Assembly (NCBI GenBank): GCA_965222605.1
Contig: OZ244960.1
Span: forward strand, 1,760,001-1,824,000
Direction of reading: 5' to 3'
DNA length: 64,000 nt
DNA from: Candidatus Latescibacterota bacterium
Lineage (GTDB): Bacteria > Latescibacterota > UBA2968
The translations under genes were made by a program, and so were the position numbers. A model generated the notes under the pieces. That model saw only the letters and a program-made list of their open reading frames with translations. It searched no databases and was not told the DNA's origin. Positions 10,025 to 20,091 of this stretch are shown here, one piece after another (the first letter of the stretch is position 1; each line of letters opens with the position of its first letter).

Positions 10025-10630
10025 TGTGAGAGGTTATCGGGCTATAAAGGAGGAAATTTACAATCATGGCAAAATATATTAAATATTTTCTTTATCTGAT
10101 AGGCATCCTCCTGATTGGTGTCTTTTTTATTCTTTTTATTTGGCCGCTAGCACCTGATGTCCTGCTTTGGAGGTTCTCAGATTCGATCCTTGCTAATTCT
10201 GATGATGCTCTTACAAAAAAAGGGCAATTTGGGGACTCGTTTGGAGGGATCAATGCGCTGCTTTCTGGGGTCGTTTTTATTGGAGTTATCATTGCAATAA
10301 TATTGCAATGGCTGGCACTTAAAAACCAACAGCAGGAGATGAAAGAACAAAAACTTGCGATGCAACAAGAGACATTCGAACGGACCTTTTTTCATCTTTT
10401 GGAAGCAATCAAGGAATGTTATCATTCAACAGAGCACACTAAATTTGTGGAAGTACCTCTCGGGGCCGATGTAGCACAACACCAGGAAGACATTCTTCAA
10501 AGCTACAGGAAGATCAATAGTCCGAATCCTATTATAGTTTCTGAGCCTTTTACTGATCTTGATGGTGTGCGTGGAGTAAATGTCACAACAGTGGGAGATA
10601 CGGCTTTTGTATCAGTGATTAAAAATAATA

Positions 10631-12341
10631 GAGTGTGTATCAAAAGCAAGGCGTATGAAGGGTATAAGAAATAGGGAATTAGAATCGTGTGCAAAACATG
10701 ATAGGACTCCTATATTGGCAAACATTCCGTTAGCAAAACCATGTTTGCTTTCAAAAGGAGCCCTACCATGATGACAATATACGAAAAAGAAGCCTTGTTT
10801 GACCAGTTGGATGAAGAGTTTTCTCAAATCAAAAGGTTCGTTTGCCAAGCCGCAGGTCAAGTCGAAGTGCATGAAGTAGAGGGGAAGGTTTTTCGCCAAC
10901 TTCAAGATTTGGGTCGCCAACTATTATCCCGTTTTGTCCAATTATGTGGCACAGGGTATGAGGCAAACGGTTTCAAAGAGCAAGGTAAGGGTCAAAAGAT
11001 GCGCTACAAAGGTTGCCAATCGGTCTCGTATCTGTCCATCTTTGGGTCTATCCCCATCTGTCGTGCGGCCTATGCCCGTGCCGATGGGAGCTATTTCTAC
11101 CCCTTAGATGAGCACTTGAATCTGCCAGCTCACAAATACTCTTATCTGCTGTTAAAATGGTTGGCACAAGATGCGGCACAGCACGACTTTCGCCAGGCGG
11201 TGGCACGCTTCAATCAGATTTTCGATCTGTCTTTATCCGCCTCATTACCGCAGCGTTTGGGGGATGAGATCGCCGCATATGTCACGCCATTTTATGACGC
11301 ACAGCCCGCGCCTGACCAGGATTTGGAAGGGAGCCATTTGGCTATGAGTGCCGATTGTAAAGGTGTACGCATCCTAAAATCTGAACGGGCAGAGGGCGCG
11401 CTGGACACACCTGCTTGTGCCAGACGAAGGCGCGGTGAAAAACCGAGCCTGAAGAAAGATGCGGTTGTCGTAACCGACTTTTCATTTTATCCGCAAGCAC
11501 GCACCGCACAAGAGATAGTCAAAGGCCTCCTCAATCAGTTTACCCAAAAAGAGAAAGACCAAGCCCGGAAGAATCGCCAAAAACGCACCGCATTGGGACT
11601 TTGCCACCCCCGCGAACCCATCCACAAGCATGTCTTTGCCACCATGAACGGGAAAAAAGAGGCTTTCGAGCATCTTATACGACACGTCCATAAACGAGAC
11701 CCAACCCTTGAAAAACCGATCATCGCCCTAATAGATGGCGAACCGGCTTTAGAACGCAGACTCAAAGAATGTCTCGAAGCCTACAACATGACGGATCAAC
11801 TTGATGCCATTATCTTGGATATTATCCACGCGACGGAATACCTGTGGGATGTCGCCACCTGTTTGTATGGCGAAAAAAACAAAAAACGCACCGATTGGAT
11901 GCAAGACAAATTATACGCCTTGACAAGCAGACCCGTCGGGTATCTCATCGGCGCACTCCGACAGATGATGACCAAGAATAAAATCCGATTTTCTACCTCA
12001 CAGAAACAGGTGCTAAAAAAGACCATCACCTATTTTGATAACCACCGTCATATGATGGACTATGCCACCTATCTGAAAAAAGGATATCCTATCGCTACTG
12101 GCGTCGTCGAAGGAACCTGTGGCTCCTTAGTCAAAGACCGAATGGAACAATCCGGCATGCGATGGTCTCTCTCTGGTGCACAAGCCATTCTTGCTCAACG
12201 CGCTGTTGTCAAAAATGACGATTGGAACGCATTTTGGAACTTTTATATCGACTCTGAACACCAACGGTTATACCCCAAGGTAGGATACAAAACGCTATAC
12301 CAACGAGCTGCTTAAGCTTGCCTGTCATTTTGTACACACTC
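10631..12341 (+). mobile_element. ISKra4-family insertion sequence, 1711 bp
   Basis: Ends GAGTGTGTATCAAAA / TTTTGTACACACTC. 9-bp target duplication AAAATAATA at 10622-10630 and 12342-12350. Confidence 0.92.
10768..12315 (+). CDS. ISKra4-family DDE transposase
   Basis: 'SADCKGV', 'LIDGE', 'ILDIIHATEYLW', 'YLKKGYPIATGVVEGTCGSLVKDRMEQSGMRWS'. SD AAGGAG before ATG 10768. Confidence 0.92.
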   Translation: MMTIYEKEALFDQLDEEFSQIKRFVCQAAGQVEVHEVEGKVFRQLQDLGRQLLSRFVQLCGTGYEANGFKEQGKGQKMRYKGCQSVSYLSIFGSIPICRAAYARADGSYFYPLDEHLNLPAHKYSYLLLKWLAQDAAQHDFRQAVARFNQIFDLSLSASLPQRLGDEIAAYVTPFYDAQPAPDQDLEGSHLAMSADCKGVRILKSERAEGALDTPACARRRRGEKPSLKKDAVVVTDFSFYPQARTAQEIVKGLLNQFTQKEKDQARKNRQKRTALGLCHPREPIHKHVFATMNGKKEAFEHLIRHVHKRDPTLEKPIIALIDGEPALERRLKECLEAYNMTDQLDAIILDIIHATEYLWDVATCLYGEKNKKRTDWMQDKLYALTSRPVGYLIGALRQMMTKNKIRFSTSQKQVLKKTITYFDNHRHMMDYATYLKKGYPIATGVVEGTCGSLVKDRMEQSGMRWSLSGAQAILAQRAVVKNDDWNAFWNFYIDSEHQRLYPKVGYKTLYQRAA

Positions 12342-12775
12342 AAAATAATATAAATACAGGCACTGTTAATATGAATGCTGTGGACAGTATGTACTTGGAG
12401 CCTTACTTTTTTTTAGTATTTTCTGCTCTTAATTTGGCTTACCAAATTAAATTTTGTGAAACCTTTGAAGAGAAGAAGTTTTATACTGATATATTGCGTA
12501 GCCAAATGCCAGACTGCGGTGTGCAGGCACTTTGTATGTATCTGGCGACTGATCCGCCAAGATTGGATGAAGATGAGTGCCATGGTAAAGTCTTAAAGGA
12601 AATAATTGAAGAGCATGCTCTGTTTGCGAATATTAGGGGGCCCAATCTGATAAAAGAGCATATTCTACAGTATAAAAGAAGTGCATTTGGGAACAACCGT
12701 CCCGATATTGATAAAATTTTTGATGCTGCTCAACAATCTGGCACAGAAACAGAAGAAGAGGATTAAATGAAACTG

Positions 12776-13090
12776 TGGAGTTGCCCCGCTTTAGATGCTG
12801 TTGCCGAATTGGTAGAGAGTGAGTCTGCGGTTGGAAAAACGGCTGTTTGTGGCCCGAATTCAAGCTCTGTAAGACCTATGTTTATTTTCACAGGGAGAAT
12901 TCGGAATTCGGCAACAGCATCGCTTTAGTGGATAGTGTAGAAGTTTCAACCCAAGCATCCTGCGCTGCGCCAGATGCTTGATCAACTCACATGAACTGCT
13001 GTCGCAGTCAGGCTCAAATTACTCGCCTTCATACACCGCTTCGAGGGTGGCGAAGAAGCTTTCGAAAATCGCATTGTCATAGCAGCCTGG
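12776..13090 (-). mobile_element. IS3-family remnant (right end plus integrase-core fragment)
   Basis: Minus strand 13084-13040 encodes 'CYDNAIFESFFATLE', an IS3 OrfB motif. Removing the MITE restores an end ...CTATCCACTAAAGCGGGGCAACTCCA-3'. Confidence 0.75.
12794..12921. mobile_element. MITE, 128 bp
   Basis: Perfect 17-bp TIRs GATGCTGTTGCCGAATT (12794-12810) / AATTCGGCAACAGCATC (12905-12921). 6-bp TSD GCTTTA (12788-12793, 12922-12927). No coding capacity. Confidence 0.9.
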
Positions 13091-13156
13091 GTTTCTTCAG
13101 CAAGCTCCATAAGTCCTAATGCCACAAAAAACAGGAGCTGTGTGCCTACGTCCAAC

Positions 13157-13576
13157 TTATAGTCCAACTGCGGACTTAGATAACTCTGCAGTCAACATTT
13201 TTACAATCTCAAAAGAAAGTGAGCCACCAGCACTGGCTATTTTATCTTTTACTTTTTCCCACACCTTATCCTGTCTAGCGTTATCCAGAAACTCATGGCC
13301 TTCCCAACACAGCCTGATTCTCGAACTGGAAAAAAAGAACCATTTGTCCTGACGGGATGCATCGGTTTCAGAATCGTCATAACACTTCTCTGCCAGGCCG
13401 CCATCAACCAAAATACCACAGTGCGCTGAAACTTTATCCCTATCCTTGTCAGAAGAAGTTATGTATTTGTTGTCTTTCAGCCAATCAAGGACCTCACCAA
13501 AGTCACAACCTCCAATAGTCTCCTTCTCCTCTATTGCCAAAAGAATTCCCCTAACCAGGTCCATATCTCTTTTCAT
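13157..13576 (-). CDS. DUF2513-domain protein
   Basis: 'MKRDMDLVRGILLAIE', 'RLCWEGHEFLDNAR...VWEKVK'. Directly abuts the res stop. Confidence 0.88.
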   Translation of the reverse strand: MKRDMDLVRGILLAIEEKETIGGCDFGEVLDWLKDNKYITSSDKDRDKVSAHCGILVDGGLAEKCYDDSETDASRQDKWFFFSSSRIRLCWEGHEFLDNARQDKVWEKVKDKIASAGGSLSFEIVKMLTAELSKSAVGL

Positions 13577-16165
13577 TTATTGCTCGTGGTCATTTATTTT
13601 TAATGCCTGATACAGGCTATCCTTAAACTTATTTTCATCTTCGTTGTTGTAAAACGGCACGCCTATCAAACGGTATTTCTCGTTCTCAAACGTCAAGGTT
13701 TTGCAGTCAAACTCGGAAGAGATCTCCTGTAAGAAGTTTTCTTTCCAACGGTCATTCTCTTTCAGATGCTTGCCCTTAGGTTCAATAAACATCTGATAGG
13801 TAAGCAGGTTTCCATCTTGCTCGCGCAGGAACAGTACAAAATCTGGCTCAAATGCCTGTCCATCGTCAAAATTGTAAATTTTGAAATGCCTTTCGTTTCG
13901 CAGCAGATATATCTCGTCGTAATCTTCTGTTAGCGTGACCATCTGGCGGTCGAGCATTCGCACAAATGCCTTTTCTTCGCTCGTGCCGTAAACTGTATTG
14001 AAGGCAAACCAGTCTTTGGAAGATACGAAATGCGCGAATTGTGCGTCTTCTTCAGCCTGCGGGTTTTGAACGTCAAATTTTAACACTTTATCCTTGAAGA
14101 CGTTATGCACCCTATCGTTCCTGAAATCTCGCGAGCCTTCGTATTCGGTAATTTGCTGACGAATATCGGATTCGATTTGATGCAACAGTCCACACATAGC
14201 TTCCCGTTGTTCAGCGCGGTTGTCTTGCAGCGCAGACACCTGGCCTTCAAAGGTGATCTCCAGCCCTCCAAGATAATTTTCAGAACTAATGAAGTCTCTG
14301 ATAGATGCTATATTGGGGAAATAGCGTTTCAGAGATGCGAACGTAAAGAAAGGATTGCGTGCAATAGCAGATTGAACAATGTTGCGCCCGAGGTCTTTAA
14401 CCTTGACGTCTCGACGGTTTTCATCTTTCACAATTGTGCCCTGATGCTCGTTTTTCAAAACTGTTTGTGTGCCGCCGTGACCAGTGGCAATGGTATGAAC
14501 ATAGTTTTGCGCCTTCACGCCTAAATCATCAAAAGATTGCACGCTCTGGTAATTTTTGGGGAGACGACCATTGAGCCAGACCACACCGTATTTGTAGAAG
14601 TTGGTTTGCTTGAACGAGTCTTTGAGGTTGAGTTCACGTTTTACTCTGTGTTCTTCCATCATGCCTTCTTCGATCAACGCTTTGCGAATTTCGGCAATAT
14701 AACTCAAATTATTGATGCTATGGTAATGCAATTCTTCCAGTACACGCAGTTCGTTTTCGAAATCATCATCGAATTTACGGCGAAAACGGTCAGTAATTTC
14801 GCTTAAGACGAAAGGAAAATAACGCGCTCCGCGCCCAATGAGTTGCGCTTCGGATACGGTTGTTCGCCCAATTCTATTCCCTCCCGAATCGCGTGTCTCG
14901 TAACAACGGACGATGTCGAACAAATTGAGCACGTCCCATCCCTCGTTGAGCTTTTGAACTGCAAATATTGCGCGGATGCGGTTGTTGCGGTCTTCGAGGG
15001 TGTTGACCAAAATCTGATGGTTTTCTTTTTCTTTTTCTTCGTTAACCGAGAGACAAAAGTCTTCCTGAAATTCCTGCTTCAGGCGCTCCACCAACTGCGC
15101 GTCGCTGATATTGTAACCATCAAAGAATTGAAATGCCCGCTGAACAAGGCGAATATTTGATCTGCGAATGCGAGCAATATGTTCTGCTGTGAGGCCATCA
15201 ATGAGTGTGTGAAAGTTGTCCTTGTTCTCTTCCGATTGTTTAATCGTACGCTGTGCTTTGAACAAAATCACAGGTTTGAGATTGATCTGATATTGCGCCG
15301 CCACTTCCTGTTTGTACTGGCTGAGAATCAGTGCTTTCAGAATGCGTTCGTTCAGATTGAAGTCGGATTGCACAATAACCACATCTTTTGAAAAACGATC
15401 GTTGCGGAACTGAAGCAAGTCATAGCGATATAACACCTTATTGTGGTATTTTTCCACCATCGCGGGTGTCTCGTAATCGTGTGTGGCGGTGAACTCCAGC
15501 AGAAGGTTGTCTGAGTTCTGATGAAAGATGCGCTCAATGGTGTTTTCCCAACTCTCGAACATCTCCCGCTGAGATTTGGTCGTGACGTTTATGTGATGGG
15601 CTTCATCGGCAATCAACACAATCCTGTGCTTACGAAAGTCTTCAAAGGTGATGGCATTTTCTTTTTCAGTGGTCAGATCGGAGTGTAGTTTTTGGATGGT
15701 GGTGAAACAGATATTGACGTCGTTGGGATTAACCGACTCAAAGTTCTCTACTGGCGTGATCCGCACTGAGTGGTTGGCGATGTGCATGTCCCTGTTGAAC
15801 AGATATTTGATACTGGCAGAGTTGAGAAAATTATCCCGCGTCTTTTCGATGATATTAGTGGAATTGACAAAAAAGAGAAAGTTTCGATAGCCCTTTTCAT
15901 ACAAGTAGAGAATCAGCCCCGCCATGATAAGAGTTTTGCCGCTGCCTGTCGCCATGTTGAACAGAAAATGTAGTGGTCGTTCCTGGTTTGTAAAAAGCTC
16001 GCTATTAAGACAAAAAAAGAAACGGGCAAATGCCTCTTCTTGATAGGGGCGAAGTTCAAATTTAGGGTTTAGATTGTCTTTGAGGTAGGCGGGAATTTCT
16101 TTGTCTAATCCCCCGTATTTGGAAAAGGAGTCCAATTCTTCATACAAAAAATTATTAGCCATCAT
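13577..16165 (-). CDS. res: Type III restriction enzyme Res subunit (SF2 helicase + PD-(D/E)XK nuclease)
   Basis: 'LRPYQ', 'FNMATGSGKT', 'DEAHH', 'LNEGWDV', 'QLIGRGAR', 'FEPDFVLFL...IEPKG'. Confidence 0.92.
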   Translation of the reverse strand: MMANNFLYEELDSFSKYGGLDKEIPAYLKDNLNPKFELRPYQEEAFARFFFCLNSELFTNQERPLHFLFNMATGSGKTLIMAGLILYLYEKGYRNFLFFVNSTNIIEKTRDNFLNSASIKYLFNRDMHIANHSVRITPVENFESVNPNDVNICFTTIQKLHSDLTTEKENAITFEDFRKHRIVLIADEAHHINVTTKSQREMFESWENTIERIFHQNSDNLLLEFTATHDYETPAMVEKYHNKVLYRYDLLQFRNDRFSKDVVIVQSDFNLNERILKALILSQYKQEVAAQYQINLKPVILFKAQRTIKQSEENKDNFHTLIDGLTAEHIARIRRSNIRLVQRAFQFFDGYNISDAQLVERLKQEFQEDFCLSVNEEKEKENHQILVNTLEDRNNRIRAIFAVQKLNEGWDVLNLFDIVRCYETRDSGGNRIGRTTVSEAQLIGRGARYFPFVLSEITDRFRRKFDDDFENELRVLEELHYHSINNLSYIAEIRKALIEEGMMEEHRVKRELNLKDSFKQTNFYKYGVVWLNGRLPKNYQSVQSFDDLGVKAQNYVHTIATGHGGTQTVLKNEHQGTIVKDENRRDVKVKDLGRNIVQSAIARNPFFTFASLKRYFPNIASIRDFISSENYLGGLEITFEGQVSALQDNRAEQREAMCGLLHQIESDIRQQITEYEGSRDFRNDRVHNVFKDKVLKFDVQNPQAEEDAQFAHFVSSKDWFAFNTVYGTSEEKAFVRMLDRQMVTLTEDYDEIYLLRNERHFKIYNFDDGQAFEPDFVLFLREQDGNLLTYQMFIEPKGKHLKENDRWKENFLQEISSEFDCKTLTFENEKYRLIGVPFYNNEDENKFKDSLYQALKINDHEQ

Positions 16166-16291
16166 ATCTAATCCCTGTCACTTCTCGACGATGCTTGTCA
16201 AAGTGAACAACAATCTCCCGCACATCAAACAAATAATTCCGCAATTTCTGGTCTGTGTCATTCAGGCCGATTTTCCGTATGCCACAATCAC

Positions 16292-16735
16292 CTAAACCGT
16301 CGCTGGATCAACAGCCACAATTCCCTCGGGTGCATAGCGGGCAAAGTCTGCCGTGTTGAGGGTCAGGATATGCGTTGCACCATGAGAAATCATCGCGGCA
16401 ACCAATCGAGCATCGTGAACTTGAACCCCTGATACACCATAAGTCATAACAAGCCGTCTCCATTCGGAATACATGGAAGGCAAATCTGGAAGCAAAGGAA
16501 AAAGTCTCTCTGCACGCCGCAAAAGTCTATCTGTTTCCAATGGCGTAAGTCCAAAACCATTACGGTTAATAGGACGAGTTGATGCGTTCCAAAATTCTGT
16601 GAAATTCTGCGATGTGGCATATAGTTGATGATCATTTGCCCGCAATTTACGCACAGCGGTTCGAACGATGGGATAACCTGGATCAGCGCGATATAAAAAC
16701 CGCAATAAAATATTGGTATCGGTCAGATAAATCAC
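16292..16735 (-). CDS. PIN-domain (VapC-like) toxin
   Basis: 'YLTDTNILLR', 'QNFTEFW', 'QVHDARLVA', 'ILTLNTADF'. Confidence 0.9.
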   Translation of the reverse strand: MIYLTDTNILLRFLYRADPGYPIVRTAVRKLRANDHQLYATSQNFTEFWNASTRPINRNGFGLTPLETDRLLRRAERLFPLLPDLPSMYSEWRRLVMTYGVSGVQVHDARLVAAMISHGATHILTLNTADFARYAPEGIVAVDPATV

Positions 16736-16737
16736 GG

Positions 16738-17136
16738 CTATAAATGATCCTCGTAAAGCCCTTCGCGGCTAACCGCGTAATCGGATAACGGTGGGCAATC
16801 AGGACCAACGTATTCCATAAATTCGTCAGCCAACGCATCGGCCAGGCCCTCGAATTTATCATCAGATAGCTGTGTTGAGTTATTCATTGATGACTGCAAA
16901 ATCCCCAGCTTTTCAGCGACTTTCTGCATAAGGGCAGTTTTGCCACCAGCCTCCAAATCGGCAAGGGATTGCTTAAGTTCTTCAACGAAGTCATCGCGCA
17001 ATTCCAGCCCTTCATCGGGATCGCTCATCATTTCTGAGAGTGTTTGTATGACAACTTTCTGCACAAGTTCTCTAAACTCATTAATTGTTAAATCAGCTAC
17101 TTTTGTTGCGCCTGTCGAAACATTCGAAGAAGTCAT
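16738..17136 (-). CDS. Putative antitoxin, apparently chimeric
   Basis: Small acidic protein immediately upstream of PIN. C-terminus 'PPLSDYAVSREGLYEDHL' is typical of PIN partners; N-terminal part 'KVADLT...DPDEGLELR' looks like a separate antitoxin type. Confidence 0.6.
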   Translation of the reverse strand: MTSSNVSTGATKVADLTINEFRELVQKVVIQTLSEMMSDPDEGLELRDDFVEELKQSLADLEAGGKTALMQKVAEKLGILQSSMNNSTQLSDDKFEGLADALADEFMEYVGPDCPPLSDYAVSREGLYEDHL

Positions 17137-17173
17137 TTTTTAGTACCTTTCTGCGATTTATGTTGGAATGACC

Positions 17174-19171
17174 TTACGAGTCCCCATAAAAAGCCCTGTT
17201 CAGTGCTTTATCTTCCTCACTGACGCCAAATTCCTCGTCGTCAATTTCCGTAAGGTTGACATAGAGTTGGTTCTTATCCAGCAGTTCCGCGAGCCGTTTC
17301 TTCTGTTTGTCCAACCCGTTTTTGCCTTCGCCGATGGCGATAAAATCATCAACCGCATCTTCCGGGATTTCAGAATTCACATACCAGTTCAAAAACGAGT
17401 TTTCGGCAATATCTCTCCAGAGTTCTACAAGCTCTTTAGAAGATTGCGCGGCTTGAATTTTATCCATATAGGCTTCGTTGTACTGCATCAGTTCACAATA
17501 GATAAAATCACCGCCGCCCTGCCAATTGACGGATTCGGAGATACCGCCAGTGTCATATTCAATTTCTTCAGGTAGCTTGTTCTCCGCCTTTATTCTTTTC
17601 CCGATAACTTTCTTCAATCGCTTAAGCGTGATGGTTTCCACATAATTCATCTGTTCAATGCCGATATACTGACGCCCTGTTTTATGAGCGACAGCGCAAG
17701 TTGTCCCAGACCCAAGATGGAAATCTAAAACAATATCCCCTTCCTTAGTTGTGTATTCAATAATGCGTTGAATGAGTAATTCAGGTTTTGGATAAGCAAA
17801 CACTTTGCCCCCGAATAATTCTACAATTTCATCCGTGCCTTTCTTGTTGATCACACTCTTCAGCAATTCATCCATCACTTGATTGAGAAAGTTTGATGAT
17901 ACGTATGTTTTATCAAAGTCATCTCCTTTTTTTTCAATGTCTTCCGACTTAAAAACTCGCATAGCAGGACGTTTTATATCGAGAAAATCATAATCTCCGG
18001 GAAAAACTATTTTCTTTTTTTTCAAATATTCATCAACAGTATCAATAGTAATTGCCCAACTACGATTGGGATTCACAGGGAATTCGTCTCCATTTCTCGG
18101 ATTTACCAGTGTAAAATTTGAATTGGAACGTTCTTGAATTGTAGTCTGCTTTGTAAGGTCGCTCGTTCTCCATTCATCGTCAGGAAAATCAGGTGTTTTG
18201 TGATACTTTCTTGCAATGGTGCGTCCGAAAAGCGCATCTTGTTTTGATGTTCCTTTTGTGTACATCAGCATCCAGTCAAAATCTTGCGATAGTTTGTAAG
18301 GCACATCACTTTTTCCACTTCGTGTCTTTCTGGGAACGGTTGCGATAAAGTTGTCTCTTCCAAATATATCGTCAGCAACGAGTTTCAAATAGTGCATTTC
18401 CCGGTCATCAATGTGAATGAAGATAATCCCGTCATTCTTCAACAACTCTCTCGCCACTTCCAGGCGATTCTTCATAAACGTCAGCCAGCTTGAATGTTTA
18501 AAATTATCGTTATATCCAAAGCCATCACCATTGATGTTATAGGGCGGATCAATGTAAATCAGCCTCACTTAGTTCTGGAATTGCTTCTTCAGCGTATGCA
18601 ATGCCAGCAGATTATTGCCCTTTATAATCAGATTCTCGCGGATCGTGCCGCTCTCATCTCGCTCAAGTTCCGTCACCTTCTGCTCACCGTCAACCGTATA
18701 GCGTTTCCAGTTGGTCAGTACCTTTGAGTCAAATAGACGGTCAATTTCATCCTGTGCCAGAATTTCATTAAAGAAAATCTCTTTGCGCTTTTCCTCTTCC
18801 CTGGTCTGCCCGCCTTCCAGAACGCAATCTTTGTACGGCCACGCCAGGGACACTTCGCCCCGCTCCCGCAGAAATTTATCGTCGATATTCAAGCCGATCC
18901 TATTGCGGAATCGGGTGTATGAGTCGGCGAGAAATTTCTTATCGGAAACGTATTCAATGAAGGTGTTGAGATTGAAAATCCAGTGGCCTTCGATCTCGTC
19001 AAAGAATTTTGTCTTGATATCCGCATCACCAAGCAGTAGCCCCACCAGATCATGGTCAATCTTCCACGCGCGATCAATCACCGCCGCCTTGACCAACTCG
19101 CCTTCTTCATCAATGAAACGGACGTCGGTTTTGAGCAATTCGATCATTTTTTCATTAAAGTTTTTTGGCAT
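17174..19171 (-). pseudogene. mod: Type III R-M methyltransferase (Mod) with in-frame TAA at 18569-18571
   Basis: One frame: ...NLIIKGNNLLALHTLKKQFQN*VRLIYIDPPY...FAYPKPE...VLDFHLGSGTT. Confidence 0.88.
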
Positions 19172-19259
19172 GTTGTGGTCCTTTAATCTTTATTTTTTTG
19201 GTGTCATCGGTCGTTTGTAGCTTTGAAACTAAATCATTTACAGCCGCTTGCACTACTGA

Positions 19260-20042
19260 TCAGGATATTTGATAAGTATCAGCATCTGGATATATTTTTG
19301 TATTCATCTGCTCATATGGATGAATAAGATTTCTAAAATCTCTCAATGCATGTGAAAACTTTTGAACATCCGTATTGATCCAACCAATTTGATGCGCCAC
19401 ATCTATCATTTCAGCAAGTTTCCAATCGGAAAATTTTTTTATTTTTTGCGTTTTTAGGCCTTTGGGAGCATTCGCACATTTATTGGCTTCTGCAGGGTAC
19501 TGTTGAAAAATCCCTAACAACAACCCTTCCAATATGCTACCCATGATAATTATTGCCGATAAATATGCCCCAACTGTACCACAACGTTGGGCTTCATCCC
19601 ATCTATTTTTCAGGATCTTATCAATCTCAGGCTTTAATCCAATTGACAAAAAATCTGGAGATTGAAACAGCTTCATCTCTTTTGCAACCTCACCATCATC
19701 TGAAAAATCTACGGTGATTTTCTCAAATTTTGGTTCATTTCCATCAAGTATTATTTTGAATTCTTCAAAATAAAATATTTTATTTAATTGCTTAAGCGCA
19801 GTTCTAATCTGCCCCTGATTACCACCGTACTCAAATGGTGAGGCCAGCCTTTTAAATACAAGTGCAAGTTGTTCCCTGTCACACGCTTTTAGTGTTTCTA
19901 AAACCCACAGCCGACGGGTTGAGCCATCATGAACAAATTGAGGCAATCCCGCTCTTTGAAAGAATTTAGTTAGTTCGTGACCAGATCGATAAGGATAACC
20001 ACAAATAAACTCGGCAATTTCATTGAAAGTACTCTCATCCAT
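19260..20042 (-). CDS. Abi-like protein with C-terminal HEPN domain; probably C-terminally truncated by TGA
   Basis: N-terminus 'PYRSGHELTKFF...GSTRRLWV'; HEPN-like 'EAQRC...YLSAIIIMGSILEGLL' and 'RDFRNLIHP'. Frame continues past the stop as SVVQAAVNDL. Confidence 0.7.
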   Translation of the reverse strand: MDESTFNEIAEFICGYPYRSGHELTKFFQRAGLPQFVHDGSTRRLWVLETLKACDREQLALVFKRLASPFEYGGNQGQIRTALKQLNKIFYFEEFKIILDGNEPKFEKITVDFSDDGEVAKEMKLFQSPDFLSIGLKPEIDKILKNRWDEAQRCGTVGAYLSAIIIMGSILEGLLLGIFQQYPAEANKCANAPKGLKTQKIKKFSDWKLAEMIDVAHQIGWINTDVQKFSHALRDFRNLIHPYEQMNTKIYPDADTYQIS

Positions 20043-20091
20043 TCAAAACTTCCTCAGGCACTACAAAAATTTACATCTATATTTATTTTCT

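Larger units (their letters stand above)
10066..12766 (+). pseudogene. Putative phage abortive-infection (AbiC-like) membrane protein split by an IS
   Basis: Removing 10631-12350 rejoins 10066-10630 in frame with 12351-12766 (326 aa). Motifs 'GQFGDSFGGINALLSG', 'FERTFFHLL', 'YTDILRSQM'. Confidence 0.8.

Noticed and set aside
17925-18025. A8 tracts in mod as phase-variation sites
   Set aside because: Short, in frame and expected in an AT-rich Lys-rich region; no SSR typical of phasevarions.
17174-20042. Stop-codon reassignment as an explanation for the internal TAA and TGA
   Set aside because: Both codons terminate many normal genes in the window; point mutations are simpler.
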